Part shown: positions 29,147 to 40,900 of the stretch, in pieces
Layout of the letters: every line of letters begins with the position of its first letter
How positions within the stretch are numbered: position 1 is the first letter of the stretch
IMG/VR virus record: IMGVR_UViG_3300042520_002054
Coordinates: 56,709 to 120,708 of that record
Direction: 5' to 3' (one strand)
DNA from: a virus
DNA: 64,000 bases
Notes under the pieces: model-generated
Databases searched by the model: none
Told to the model about the DNA's origin: nothing
Seen by the model: the letters and a program-made list of their open reading frames with translations, nothing else
Program-made: the position numbers and the translations under genes

Positions 29147-29713
29147 TTAGAGCTGTATCTTGTAATCTACAGTAATAAGATCTGACGCAAGTGGGGGGTC
29201 GTAGATTGTCAAGATATTAGCTCCAGATTCTGAATAATCATATCCAATGCCCTCAGTCATTCTGATACCATTTATATACAGTTTGGTGGAACCGGATATG
29301 TAGGGCACTTGTGTTCTAAACACTTGGTTAATACCATTTCTGGTACCAATTATATTATAATCATAGTCTGTTTCGTCAACTACACTGGTTGCATCAGAAT
29401 ATACAACACCTGTATGATCAACTTTTAAAGTACCTACTCCTAAAGAGCTTAGTACAAATTGACCTGTTACAGTATGACTACCTACTTGTAAGTGTCTTGT
29501 TGTTGTATTTCCGTTTGCTAAGACCTGATCAATATTAATTGTGACAGGTGCTGCGTCAATGTCGTCTAAAATTTGTGTAGAAGTACGATACTTGATTTCT
29601 CCAGAACCCGGCTCCACTACGGCAAACCTAGTTGCAGAAGCACTCAGATTACTAATCTGGTTGATCTGCAACTTACCACCTATGAAAACATCAGATTCAG
29701 TTCTTCTTGCCAT
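29147..29713 (-). CDS. Tail/fibre-associated structural protein
   Basis: GTRNGINQVF...LYINGIR...DY.E beta-sandwich motif common in phage tail proteins. Confidence 0.6.
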   Translation of the reverse strand: MARRTESDVFIGGKLQINQISNLSASATRFAVVEPGSGEIKYRTSTQILDDIDAAPVTINIDQVLANGNTTTRHLQVGSHTVTGQFVLSSLGVGTLKVDHTGVVYSDATSVVDETDYDYNIIGTRNGINQVFRTQVPYISGSTKLYINGIRMTEGIGYDYSESGANILTIYDPPLASDLITVDYKIQL

Positions 29714-29726
29714 TACAAGAATATTT

Positions 29727-31052
29727 TTAGATTACTACTACAGTAAATTCTCCCGGTGCTGGCGCATCTACAAAGCGCAAAAGAACCTGGTTTGCATTAA
29801 TTAATACTACTTCACACTCAACTTGTTCTGAAGGTAGAGCTGTTGTATACAATTGAACAATTACATGCTCTTCCCCTTTATTGTGGTCAACAGTAAATGC
29901 TACGTTAGAACCATCACCAATAAGTCCAGTATGTTTAAGAGCTACACTGCTAACAGTTTGTACGTGACCAAAAGTGTCAAAAGTTAAATTTTGAATTACT
30001 CTTGTACTAGAGTTAGCTGTATTTGCTACACTAGAAGTATCTGCATGTTTAACTTCAAGAGTATTACTTGCGTCGTTATAAGTAACGACAATACCAACAC
30101 CCGCTGTAATAGCACCTAACGCAGAGTCTTGAATAAACTCTACAGAAGCAGGATTAGTGCTAAGAATATCGTGATACTCAGAACCATCTTCAGTTAAAGT
30201 CCATTTGTCTGAAGCTTCATTCCAAAGGATTTGAACATTTGCTGCAGTACCTCTTTCAATTTCAATACCAGCATTTTCTGTTGGTGCTCCTGTAACATTG
30301 CTGTTCAACAACATAATGTTATCAGCAATTGTAACAGTTTCTGAGTTTACAGTAGTAACTGTACCATCTACTTGAAGGTTTCCAATTACACGGAGATTAC
30401 CACCAACTTGGGTATTACCTGTAATGTTTGCAGTACTATTAACTTGTAAAGCACCATTAACTGTTGCTCCACCATCGGTAGATAAAGCACCTCTTACAGA
30501 AGCAGTAGTTCCATCATCATCAATAATTGAATCAACTACTTGCTGAGCAGCTCCGTCCCATTTAATTAATTTGTCAGGAGTTAGAGTATCTGCACCACGA
30601 AGTTTAACACTTGGTGTAGATCCTTCACCACCACTACCCAATACATCGATACCAGTATCAGAAGAAATTCCTGCTACATAATCACCTGTAGTATCAGTTC
30701 CAAGAGCTACACTATTTGGTTGTACAGTAGCTTGAATTTCAAGTCTACCAGTAGTACTGTTATAAGCAGCTGTTCCTGCAACATCACCTACTAACGCAAT
30801 GGAATTCAGAGACTTCTGAAGTTTAGCTAAAGAAGTAAGAACTGTATCAGTACTTACAATAGCAGTAGCTGTTGCTGGGATAGTTAAGTTTGTGAGAACT
30901 CTGTCAAGTACAAGGTCTCTCTGCACACCTGCAGAGTCCATAATTTTTGCAAATCCATCTTTGAGATAGATTTTCTTAAAGCCTGCTCCAGGTGACGAGG
31001 GTGTACCCTGAATTTCGGGTAACTGTACTGGAACTAGAAATTTTGATGCCAT
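29727..31052 (-). CDS. Tail fibre/spike structural protein
   Basis: VALGTDTTGDYV, GNLQVDGTVTTVNS...IADN...AGIEIERG and F.V.HN.G motifs typical of phage fibres. Confidence 0.7.
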   Translation of the reverse strand: MASKFLVPVQLPEIQGTPSSPGAGFKKIYLKDGFAKIMDSAGVQRDLVLDRVLTNLTIPATATAIVSTDTVLTSLAKLQKSLNSIALVGDVAGTAAYNSTTGRLEIQATVQPNSVALGTDTTGDYVAGISSDTGIDVLGSGGEGSTPSVKLRGADTLTPDKLIKWDGAAQQVVDSIIDDDGTTASVRGALSTDGGATVNGALQVNSTANITGNTQVGGNLRVIGNLQVDGTVTTVNSETVTIADNIMLLNSNVTGAPTENAGIEIERGTAANVQILWNEASDKWTLTEDGSEYHDILSTNPASVEFIQDSALGAITAGVGIVVTYNDASNTLEVKHADTSSVANTANSSTRVIQNLTFDTFGHVQTVSSVALKHTGLIGDGSNVAFTVDHNKGEEHVIVQLYTTALPSEQVECEVVLINANQVLLRFVDAPAPGEFTVVVI

Positions 31053-31111
31053 AATATAAAAGATTTAGATTGTCGACAATAGATATCTTTCAGGAGGTAT
31101 CTCCTAATAAT

Positions 31112-31141
31112 AATATACCGAATTCCTGCGAAACTTCTATG
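31112..31141 (-). promoter_or_regulatory. Putative late promoter for the tail-fibre operon (CATAGAA-N16-GTATATT)
   Basis: Same GTATATT box and spacer; the upstream box is degenerate. Confidence 0.45.
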
Positions 31142-31163
31142 AGAAGCTTTAACTTTTTAAGGC

Positions 31164-31192
31164 ATAAGGGGATGATTGCTCATCCCACTTAT
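31164..31192 (-). terminator. Hairpin after the ejection-protein operon (no canonical U tract)
   Basis: ATAAG-G-GGGATGA-ttgc-TCATCCC-A-CTTAT, 11 nt past the stop codon. Confidence 0.5.
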
Positions 31193-31203
31193 ACCCATCC
31201 GTA

Positions 31204-34200
31204 TTATTGACTCTTCTGCATTATGCTAATCCGGTAATTAGGATCAAAAAAGTCACGGACATTTTTATAACCTGTAAGGTCTGCAATATCTTTATAAAGT
31301 TTAGGAGTATCCTTTTCATAGAACCCGACACGTCTTTGATATGTACCCCTTCTAAATATACCTGCCATAATTGAATCATCATCTGGATCAGGTCTATCTG
31401 CACCTACCAGATCATAAGAACCCATTAACATATAAGCAGCCAGATGTTCTGATGTTTTGTATAATTTTAGTCCGTCATTAACCAAGTTTGTAACCTGACT
31501 AAAGTTTCTCAGATACTCGTCAAAACTTCCGATTCCGGGTAGAGGAGTAAGTGATGCAGTTTCTTGCTTAAGACCCCAAATAAGTCTAATAGCATTACCT
31601 TCCCACATTCCCAATTCTTCATCATCATCTTTTTTACGACGTACATAACTTAACAAAAGCAATGACAACGCTGTTAACATGATACCGGCGTAAAATTCTT
31701 TACTAGCTTGAGCTGCTTTTCTACTGTAAAATGCATTAACAGGAGAATTTTTAGTAAGTCTTGGACTAAAACCACCAAGAAGAAGGTGCTTACCCATCTC
31801 TTTATAAGAGTACAGATTACCAATTGCAAGTAATGCACGCCAGTAACCCATTGCAGCTTCTTCACCTTCCCAGTTTGCACGCAAGTTTCCAAGTCTGTTA
31901 ATAGCTTGCGGAACCAAGTATTTCTTAAAGAAGTACATCATTTTACCCACAAGTGTCTGTTCAACAGAAGTCATGTCGCTTTTTGCATAAGCACCCTGTG
32001 CTCTACGAGATTCTGAGTAAACAATTCTTCTCAAACGTTTTTCATCATCCTTAGTGAAGTTTACATCAGAACGTATAATTAATTTACCATCAGGGGTTTG
32101 CGTATAAGCTTCATAGGCGCTTACCATTATAGTATCACCATTCTCATCTTTCTGTTCTTCACCTGTAATAGGATCAATAACAGCAAACTTATAGCTATTC
32201 ATTACGGCTAACCATACAGTCATACTCACTTCAGTATCACCCTTATCTTGAAGAGCATAAGCGAGTTCTTGAATAGAACTAAATTTTTCAGCTACTCTTC
32301 TTGATTTAGAACCTGTTGTTAAGTTTAAGTACTTGATATAATCTTTTTGTGCTGGATTATACATTCTATACATCATGGTTTCAACAGAAAGATTACCGAG
32401 TTTTCCCCAGTCACTTAAATACTTTCTGAAAAATCCGTTATATCCGTATATCTGAGACTTTGCCCATCTGTAATCCTGCACACCATAGTGTCCAGAATTA
32501 TGTGTTGCAAGAAATGCTTGGATGTTACCAGACATAAAGTTTTTAAACTGAGCAGCTACGTCAAAACCTAAACGACCAAAAGATGCAATCTTAAATAATC
32601 CATTTAGTGCTTTCTTTGCTCTACGGTTAGTGTCTTCTTCATACTGACCAGAAATAAATTTGCGTTTCTCAAATTGCAAAAGCTCTTCCAACTTAGATAA
32701 ATCCTGAATACGTTTTTTATCTGCAGCGGTATTAGAGTTCCTAATCTCTAGTTCTCGACGAAAATCACCAACAAGATTGAGAATGTGCTCTGCTGTAGGC
32801 TGCACATCTGTCATTGCTTGGTTAATGTAAGATTCAAATAACCATTTTGCACCAGCATTAATAGCATCAACTGTCTGAAGATTTGTGTTATACTGATCAT
32901 TAAATCTAAATCTAATTGCATCAGGACCCATATCTCCATACAAGTTTGTTACAGCATCTTCTTCACTAACTCTTACAGCAAAGAAATTATCACGCATCTT
33001 AGATAACTCACCAGAGATACCTTTTCCAAAACCTTTAGCTACAATATTTTCAATAAGTGTTGCTTTTGATGCAGGCACTTTATAACCCAATACTTTACCA
33101 GTGGTCTTTTTCTGCATATCAAAGAACATTTTCATGAACGCATTATAGTAATCAAATGCTGCCTTGTCTTTGCTCAGATTTACATATTTACTGTTAATGT
33201 TATCAGAGTTCTCATACCCAGGGATAATCTCAACAACCCCATTTACTAACTTTAATCCTTTAGGTAATGGTGTACCATCTGCAAGTTCTTGATAATCTTT
33301 GTTATATGCTTCTTCACTAAGTTTTCTAATAGTGTATTTGCTACTAGGTCGTTTCTCCATATACTGAGGATCTCCAGGAACTCTGTCGTATAAGAACAGT
33401 TTAGTTGCAGCAAATTGTAAGTCTTGTTCTACAATAGATACATAAGGAGTGTAATGGTGTTGATTATACCATTTAGCAAATAACTTTTCTTCAGCTTGGA
33501 ATTGAACTTCTGCAAAAGCTAGATCAGTACTTGATGTCTCAATTCTTATGTTATCATTTGCAGCTATAGCGTCTTCCAGTCTAGTTCTGGCTTCATCCAT
33601 TGCGGACTTAGCACGTAGAAGATTATTCTTACGCTCTTCTCTTTCCTGCTCATAGAATTTATTAAGTCTTTGTGTAGAAATATTACGAAGCTCCGCACTT
33701 AAGTCTCTAAGTCTTTGACTTTCTTCATCAGTCAAAAATCTAAATATGTTAAATGATTTATTAGCTTCTTTAAGATTTTCTATTTCCTGAGTTATAGCAT
33801 CTAAATCATTTCTGTCTTTCTCGGATAAATATCTTGGATCAAACTGACCGTCCCTTTTGTAAGGAGACATGATTTGTCTACGACGCTCAAATAAATTTTT
33901 TAGTTCTGGGTTTGACAATCCTTCAGTAATACTTTCAATCTCACTATAAATAGATTCAAGTGCTTCAAAATATGCTGTATTGGGTACAGTAACCATATTT
34001 TCTTCTTCCCACTTGCGAAGCATTTCAGGATTATTTGCATACTCAAGTTTCTTTCTGTTATAGACACGATCAAACAAATTCTGATTTATGTCATAAACAA
34101 ACAAGGTATTTAACGCATCAATGTATTCCTGATATTGTGCATCTTGTTTAGCAGCATCATTTCTCAACTTTTTGATTTCAATGTCGATTTCTCGCATTCT

Positions 34201-37200
34201 ATCAAAGTCTTCCTCATCAATTAATTCTTCATTACCAAAACCTACACTATCAAGAATAACTTCTCGTTCCATATATAGAAGCTCAAGCTTTTCTTTAATT
34301 TCAGGAGAAAGTTTAGACAGATACTCATAGTAAACATCAATATAGGGTAGCGACGAGTTTTCTCTCATCCAGTTTGTATGATCACGAGTAATATTCTCTT
34401 TCTCACGAATTAGAGATGCTACTTCTAGTTTTAACTTTTCGTATGCTTCTTTATTCTTTTCTTGAGCTGCTTTATCCCGTTCTTTTTTTACCTCATCAAT
34501 CTTAGTACGAATTGCTTTAAGCTGCTGTCTGTAAACATTAAACTTATTATCATAAGACTCACTGCTTGGTTTAACATAGGTAGCAACCTGGTACGAAGCA
34601 GGTTCTCCGTTTTCATTGTAAGACTGAATTGTTCTGATTTCACTTACAAGTGCATTCATTGATTCAACAGATCTTCCTCTTCTGAAATTTTCCAGTAAGG
34701 TTTGTAGTTCAGATTGCTGAATATCATTAATAAATGACGCCTGAGCTTCAGCTTGAGAATCTTTTAAGAAATTTGTAAATGCAGCAATAGCAAGATCACT
34801 GTTACCTGCAGATGAAATAAATTGATCTGGTGAGATTCCCAAAAAGCTAATCAATTTCGGATTACTTGCACCGATATAAAGAATACTGTCAGGATCAGTT
34901 GTTCCCTCAATTACTTTTTTGATACTTTCTGTATCATAGTTAAACCCGGTTTCATAGATAAGTTTTAATCTTTTCAGCTCAAGTTGTTTTACTTCAATAG
35001 CATTTACAATCCCTTTTTTACTAGGATCTAACTTATCCATTACTTCATTGTAAGCTTCCTTATTTAAATATTTTAGAGCTTTAAGTTTTAGTTTATCTAA
35101 ACCTTTAAGTGGTACACCGTTGATAAGATTTTGAATTTCTTCTTCTAGCTTTTTAATTTTTGGTTCTAGAGCTAGTCGCATATCTTCACCAACAGCTTCA
35201 AATGTCTTTTCTGAAAATGTACTTTGAATCATCTTAACAAAAAGAGGTACAGCATATTCTCTGTAATCTGCTTGCATGATATCAATCTTTGCAGAAAGAT
35301 CTTTAACCACCTGGTACATATAACCAGTTTTTTCAATCTTACCGTCAAACTCAGCTCTATTAATTTGGTTTTCAACCAAACGCATGATCTCTCTGGTATT
35401 ATCAAGCATCTTCTTGTAAACAAGAATCTTTCTTGATTTTGCAACTTCATCTGATATTGTCAGAGCATCTTTAAAATTCTTGAGCATATTGTTGATATCG
35501 ATATCCATCTGTTCAACAACACGAGCAAATTTTAATGATGCAGTTACGTCACCACCTTTTTCAATAATATCCCTGAATGTTTTTAAGGTTTCAATTCTTT
35601 TATTGATTGTATCAATCTCTTCTTCGTAACCTTCTTTAGACTTAAGACTAGAACGCTCTGCATACAACGCATCAATATTATCAGATACTGCTTTTTTCAA
35701 AGAATTGGTAAAAGCATTGTATTGATCAGGTGTCATATCAAAAGCCATTCGCTCTTCATTAACTTGCTGACCACTTTCTTCTGACTCACCAATCTCAACA
35801 TACTTTGATACAACTTTCTTAATCTTATCGTATTCTCTTGCACCAATTTCAGAAAATGCTGCACTACGGTTATCCCCTTCAATGTTAACCATACCTGCAT
35901 ATTCGTAGAAGTTTCCTTCAAACTTCTGAACTGCAAATCCCTGGTAAATTTTATTAATGTCAGCTTGATATATAAGTGCAATGATTTCTTTCTTACCTAC
36001 ATTGATACCATTCTGTCTAAGCATATATTCATATGCAAGTAACTGCGCATTCCAAGTATCATATGTAGATCTCTTTTGACCTTGGAATTCAACAGCAGTT
36101 CCATTTGTAGAATTGATTTTTATCTTGTTATTTGCAAGCTCTTTATAGACTCTGTTAATATTAAAGTCTGTTGTCCCGTCTTTTTGAGGTACTACAAGTT
36201 GTTTAACCTTTTTTGTTTTAAAGTCAACAATATGAAGTTGTCCAGTAATATCAATGACAACCATATCCAATCTTCCCAGCATCATAGTTCTGCCGGTTTC
36301 TGATGTAGTCACACTAGCACCAACAGTAAGCTCTGGAAGAATAATATTACTTGCAGAAACATTAGATCCCAAAACATCAATAACCTGAAGAGCCATTTCA
36401 AACATCTCTTCATCTTTAAGGTTTTGTATTTGGAATGGATTCTTCTTACGGTATTTTTCTAAAACTTCTTCAAACTTTTCCTTAGACAAAATCTCTCTCA
36501 AACGCTTGTTTTCTTTTGTTGCAGCTTCTTGTACCTCTTCTAGAATACTGTGCATAAATGTTCCAAACTCTTTAAAGTCTGTATAGTCTTGCACTGTTGT
36601 AAATTCAGATGAACCAATAAATCCACTAACGCTTACAGACTCTAAGGGTTTTCTACCTTGTGCTTCAGCTTCTAAGCTATCTCTAAAAAACTTTGCATTC
36701 TTTTCAGCATTGTCTAAAAGTTTTTGAATAGTCTCTACTTGTTTAGCATTTTGCTTAACTCTAGAATTTGACAATACATTCTTTAGTGTATCAATCTGAG
36801 AGTTTATTCTATCCAGTTTAAACTGCGTATTACTTCTGCGAAGGTTTTCGTCAGGCTGACTATTAAATAAATCATTAACCTGTTTTGCTTCATCTAAGTT
36901 ATATGCAGTTCCAGATTGATTATAGTTTATATAAAACTCAACTTCAGCTGTATTAATAAGTACAGCTAAGTTTTCAAAAGTCATCTTTTCAGGAAGCTTT
37001 GAAATATCAATTACTCTGTTTCCTCTGCTGTTAACTAAATAAACAATTTCAGAAATAAGATTTTTTAACCAACCAAAGAATTGCTCCATCAATTGTGTAA
37101 ATTGATTAGCGGGTCTGGTTTCATTTTCTTTAAACTCTTGCTTTACAGCACGTTGTAACATCTGAGTTACAAATTCTTTATTGATATCGAGTGCTGTATA

Positions 37201-37902
37201 TCCTGTACCATTCTTATAACGGTTTGCAATGGTATTGTAAAAATCAATGTCAAGTTGCTTACCTGTACGAAGTAATTGATCAAACAGTGAACGATTTTCA
37301 CTGTAGAGAGCATTTACAAATGGGTGAAGTACTTCTTCAATTGCAATAGATGTATTAGCTCTACCATTTACTAAATAAACAGTACCATTCTTAAAGAATC
37401 CATTAATGCGATCTACATTAACACCATGCTCTGACTGAACCAAATCCTGAGGATTAACAAAAGAAACCTTTAATCCAGGAAATACCTCAGACATTCTATC
37501 AAGAGTTTTCTGAATAGTCTCTTGTTGTTCTGATTCTCTTAATTGTTTTGCACGAATTTGCGGTGTAACAATCCCGGTTATATTTGCTTGAGGAGAACTA
37601 AAGCTAACTTCATATAGAGATTCACCATAAGTATAATATGGTTTATAGTACAAGCCAACTCCTTTAACTTCAGGAGAAGTTGTCCATTTTCTCAAACCAT
37701 CTAATTGTTTTGGTGTAGCAAGATAACGTCCAGGAGATAACTGATTCAGTCTAAATGCTTTAGCAATATTAACATCTCTATTACTGATTTTGTAGTCTGT
37801 CAAATTATATTGTGCAGACTCAATCACCTCATTTTCAAGAAGATCTTTAATATCGTTCTCGTTGTATTCTTGTCCGTTATATATGAATTTACAAGTGCTC
37901 AT
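31204..37902 (-). CDS. Giant virion ejection/cargo protein with PD-(D/E)xK nuclease domain and degenerate zincin-like domain
   Basis: GTFMH...E...GRLD...IVDFKT...QL..Y; IEEVLHPF; long coiled coil; hydrophobic segment near the C-terminus; adjacent to the vRNAP gene. Confidence 0.75.
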   Translation of the reverse strand: MSTCKFIYNGQEYNENDIKDLLENEVIESAQYNLTDYKISNRDVNIAKAFRLNQLSPGRYLATPKQLDGLRKWTTSPEVKGVGLYYKPYYTYGESLYEVSFSSPQANITGIVTPQIRAKQLRESEQQETIQKTLDRMSEVFPGLKVSFVNPQDLVQSEHGVNVDRINGFFKNGTVYLVNGRANTSIAIEEVLHPFVNALYSENRSLFDQLLRTGKQLDIDFYNTIANRYKNGTGYTALDINKEFVTQMLQRAVKQEFKENETRPANQFTQLMEQFFGWLKNLISEIVYLVNSRGNRVIDISKLPEKMTFENLAVLINTAEVEFYINYNQSGTAYNLDEAKQVNDLFNSQPDENLRRSNTQFKLDRINSQIDTLKNVLSNSRVKQNAKQVETIQKLLDNAEKNAKFFRDSLEAEAQGRKPLESVSVSGFIGSSEFTTVQDYTDFKEFGTFMHSILEEVQEAATKENKRLREILSKEKFEEVLEKYRKKNPFQIQNLKDEEMFEMALQVIDVLGSNVSASNIILPELTVGASVTTSETGRTMMLGRLDMVVIDITGQLHIVDFKTKKVKQLVVPQKDGTTDFNINRVYKELANNKIKINSTNGTAVEFQGQKRSTYDTWNAQLLAYEYMLRQNGINVGKKEIIALIYQADINKIYQGFAVQKFEGNFYEYAGMVNIEGDNRSAAFSEIGAREYDKIKKVVSKYVEIGESEESGQQVNEERMAFDMTPDQYNAFTNSLKKAVSDNIDALYAERSSLKSKEGYEEEIDTINKRIETLKTFRDIIEKGGDVTASLKFARVVEQMDIDINNMLKNFKDALTISDEVAKSRKILVYKKMLDNTREIMRLVENQINRAEFDGKIEKTGYMYQVVKDLSAKIDIMQADYREYAVPLFVKMIQSTFSEKTFEAVGEDMRLALEPKIKKLEEEIQNLINGVPLKGLDKLKLKALKYLNKEAYNEVMDKLDPSKKGIVNAIEVKQLELKRLKLIYETGFNYDTESIKKVIEGTTDPDSILYIGASNPKLISFLGISPDQFISSAGNSDLAIAAFTNFLKDSQAEAQASFINDIQQSELQTLLENFRRGRSVESMNALVSEIRTIQSYNENGEPASYQVATYVKPSSESYDNKFNVYRQQLKAIRTKIDEVKKERDKAAQEKNKEAYEKLKLEVASLIREKENITRDHTNWMRENSSLPYIDVYYEYLSKLSPEIKEKLELLYMEREVILDSVGFGNEELIDEEDFDRMREIDIEIKKLRNDAAKQDAQYQEYIDALNTLFVYDINQNLFDRVYNRKKLEYANNPEMLRKWEEENMVTVPNTAYFEALESIYSEIESITEGLSNPELKNLFERRRQIMSPYKRDGQFDPRYLSEKDRNDLDAITQEIENLKEANKSFNIFRFLTDEESQRLRDLSAELRNISTQRLNKFYEQEREERKNNLLRAKSAMDEARTRLEDAIAANDNIRIETSSTDLAFAEVQFQAEEKLFAKWYNQHHYTPYVSIVEQDLQFAATKLFLYDRVPGDPQYMEKRPSSKYTIRKLSEEAYNKDYQELADGTPLPKGLKLVNGVVEIIPGYENSDNINSKYVNLSKDKAAFDYYNAFMKMFFDMQKKTTGKVLGYKVPASKATLIENIVAKGFGKGISGELSKMRDNFFAVRVSEEDAVTNLYGDMGPDAIRFRFNDQYNTNLQTVDAINAGAKWLFESYINQAMTDVQPTAEHILNLVGDFRRELEIRNSNTAADKKRIQDLSKLEELLQFEKRKFISGQYEEDTNRRAKKALNGLFKIASFGRLGFDVAAQFKNFMSGNIQAFLATHNSGHYGVQDYRWAKSQIYGYNGFFRKYLSDWGKLGNLSVETMMYRMYNPAQKDYIKYLNLTTGSKSRRVAEKFSSIQELAYALQDKGDTEVSMTVWLAVMNSYKFAVIDPITGEEQKDENGDTIMVSAYEAYTQTPDGKLIIRSDVNFTKDDEKRLRRIVYSESRRAQGAYAKSDMTSVEQTLVGKMMYFFKKYLVPQAINRLGNLRANWEGEEAAMGYWRALLAIGNLYSYKEMGKHLLLGGFSPRLTKNSPVNAFYSRKAAQASKEFYAGIMLTALSLLLLSYVRRKKDDDEELGMWEGNAIRLIWGLKQETASLTPLPGIGSFDEYLRNFSQVTNLVNDGLKLYKTSEHLAAYMLMGSYDLVGADRPDPDDDSIMAGIFRRGTYQRRVGFYEKDTPKLYKDIADLTGYKNVRDFFDPNYRISIMQKSQ

Positions 37903-37911
37903 AGGATAACA

Positions 37912-40900
37912 TTAGCATTTAGTTTCAATTTCACCATTATTGGTTTTGTCAGTCAACTCTTTAGAAGCAATATCTGGTGTCTTTGCTTCTGGTGTTACGC
38001 TTGCAGGTAAATCTTTTGTACCCTGCGCATATCCAATAAAGGAATTAATCTCTTGTCTGGTAAATCCAGATAGACTCATTCCATCAATAGATACAGGTTG
38101 GTATAACTGATACTCAGCTTGCACACCTAATACAGCTCCAGCAGTATCAATAGTTTGACTTAATAGCTCAGAAATAGGTGTAATATCAGATTTATCAGTT
38201 GTTCTAAGCTTAGTTAAAACAAATATTTCTCCATTATTATTTCTCATCATTGCAGGGAACTCATAGCGATTAGATGTATAATCTTCCATACGAACTCCTA
38301 AAGGTGCAACCTGAGCGTTCATTAAATTTCGGTTTTCACCTTCATAAGAACGCATATCTAAAGAAATAACATATTTACCTTCGCCAAGATCTTTGATAAT
38401 ATTGTCTGAAAAAGCAAAACCTTTTTTGTTAGTTCTGATATTATCTACACCAAATATCTTCTTTGCCATTACAGCATCCTGAATATATAGTGCATTAAGT
38501 GCAGGTATTTTTGTTGACTTACTTACTGAAGCAGCATCAATCATTTTTACATACAACTGATACATTACATCTTTAACAGTGCGTTTACCGTCAAAGAACT
38601 TTTCAAAACCAGCTCTACTTGAAATAGATTCAATTAATTGTTCTGTATAAGTATTAAGATTTTTGTACAGGTCAGTATTAATATACTGTCCAAAGTTACT
38701 AGCTTTTCTACCCATACCATTACGAATAATTTCATGGAAGAAAAGTTTTACTGCAATTTTTCTTGCTCTTGGGTCAACACTCTTAAGTAATGCGTTATAT
38801 CCATCAATGATATCTTCTTTTATTTCTGGTACAAGTTTTGCTTTTGTATTCATCTGTAAGATGTAGTAAGATCTACTCGTACCCGCATCTTCTTTAGAAC
38901 GAATGCTAATTGTTCTGACAAATGGGTTTGTAGAATATTGATCATTCAAGTATTCCAAATCTTCTTCAAGAGTTGTAAACTTAGATGTATCTGATACACT
39001 GCCAAACCAAAACTCAGGTCTGAACATTTCCTTCATAGTGTCTTTCAAGAATTGCTCATCAGCTGTAGCTCCTGGATTTTCTGCTTCAACACGCATTTTA
39101 TCCAAAATAAGAGTACCTATAATGACATCTGCCATTTCCTCTTGTTCTTGGAATATGTTACCGAATAAGTTTCTTAAAGATGTCAGCGGATTGCTTCTTG
39201 ACAACATGATTCTTGACAATTGTGCATTCATGTCGCTTACAGCTTGTGCTAAAGGGTTCCAAACAGTTTCACCTTTAAACAACTCAGAACTATTCTGGAA
39301 GATACCTGTATTGTTTTTTAATCTACTAATAGACTTACTAAATCTATCAACCATTGCTGCACTTGGCTTAATACGCTTAAACAAGTTAACAATTCTGCCA
39401 GCATCCATGATACCAAAAGACTGTGCTGCTTGTTTAGCATATAGATCCAAAAGAATGTATTTCTGAGCTTCTAAACTTAAAGGTTCACCAGACTTGGTAG
39501 TAATTGAGTATCCAAGTTCTGCAGGTGTAAGAAGCTTTGCGTCAAGTCTTTCACTACTAATAGATTCCGGTGTTGTATACTTAATGCTAATATTTCCAAA
39601 AGATATATTTCTAGCATTTGCAGACAAAATCTTAGCGGCAGTCAAATCTTTGACAACCTGATCCGTAAGTAACTTTCTCTTCTCGCTGTTAACCTCTTTA
39701 TAGAACATCTTAGTATATGTGCCATTAATCTCTGAGTCTTTAACAGAATCAACTGCGTTAATAACTTCGGGAAGCATATTTGTAAACACCGCCATTTCAA
39801 GTGGTAGACCTAAACCGATCATTGCAAGTGTAACATTCAAGTTAACATCATTAAGTTGCAATAAGGCAGGAATAGGATCTTTTGCACCGTCAGCAAACAT
39901 ACCCAAAGCGTTACCTACTAGTTGAATTGCTCTGTAAGATTCATTACCTCCAAAAGAATCGTAAAACTTAGAACTTCCAGATTCGTCTGTCAAGAACCAA
40001 ATTCTTTCATCAGATTTTAATCTAAGTTTATTAGCACCTACAAGAGCTAAAAACTTGTTGAAGTTTGCAGTAATACCAATTCCATCCTTATTTACAGCAT
40101 TAAGTCTGTTAACATTAATAACACCATCAATACTGAAGGCATTGTACTTTGCAGCAATTGTTTCTGGTGAAAGACCTAATATATTAACAGCCAAGTTTTT
40201 AAACATACTTGGATCAGATCTTTCTTCAGAATATAAACTTTCAAATACAATTTTATTACTAATGATACCCAGCTTAGCATCAAGATTTTGATTCTGATAT
40301 GTTTCTACGGGAATCTGAGGATTTTCTCTAAACATATCAACTGTATAGGGTAATCCATTTGCTGCAAGAACTAGCTGAACTGCATTAATGTAATTGTAAA
40401 GTTTTACAAATGCTTTTTTATCTAAATCACTGAACTGTGATTCAAGTAATTCAGTTTGTCGTTTTGCTTGTCTAAGTCTTGATGAAAGTTCTCCTTGTAG
40501 TTTCCAGTCAGCAACCTCTTCGTTCGACTCATTTGTTGTTCTTACTGCAAGGTATTCTTCAAAAGCCTGTTTCTGAATGTTCTCGGCTTCCCATACTTTT
40601 GCAACATCTGTCATTGTAGGAAGACCCATCAATTCCATTACACGTTCAGTGTCCTCGTCATAAACAACTTCGTTATCCTTTCTTGCTTCAAATGTCTCCT
40701 GCATTAGCTCTCTGTGAGCTTTGGAAACTTCATTGCGGAATACTGAATTACTTCCAATAGAATTAATAAGTTCAAGGAACTGGGCTTCTGTTCTATTTAC
40801 TTCAGTATATCCTGTATAATCTCCGTACACATGTTTTTTACCAGTTGCATCATTGTAAGAAGCATAACCATGTGCATATAGTGAGTCAATGTCAAGGTCA

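Noticed and set aside
29193-29198. G6 homopolymer as a phase-variation site
   Set aside because: Too short, and it simply encodes Asp-Pro-Pro in an intact ORF.
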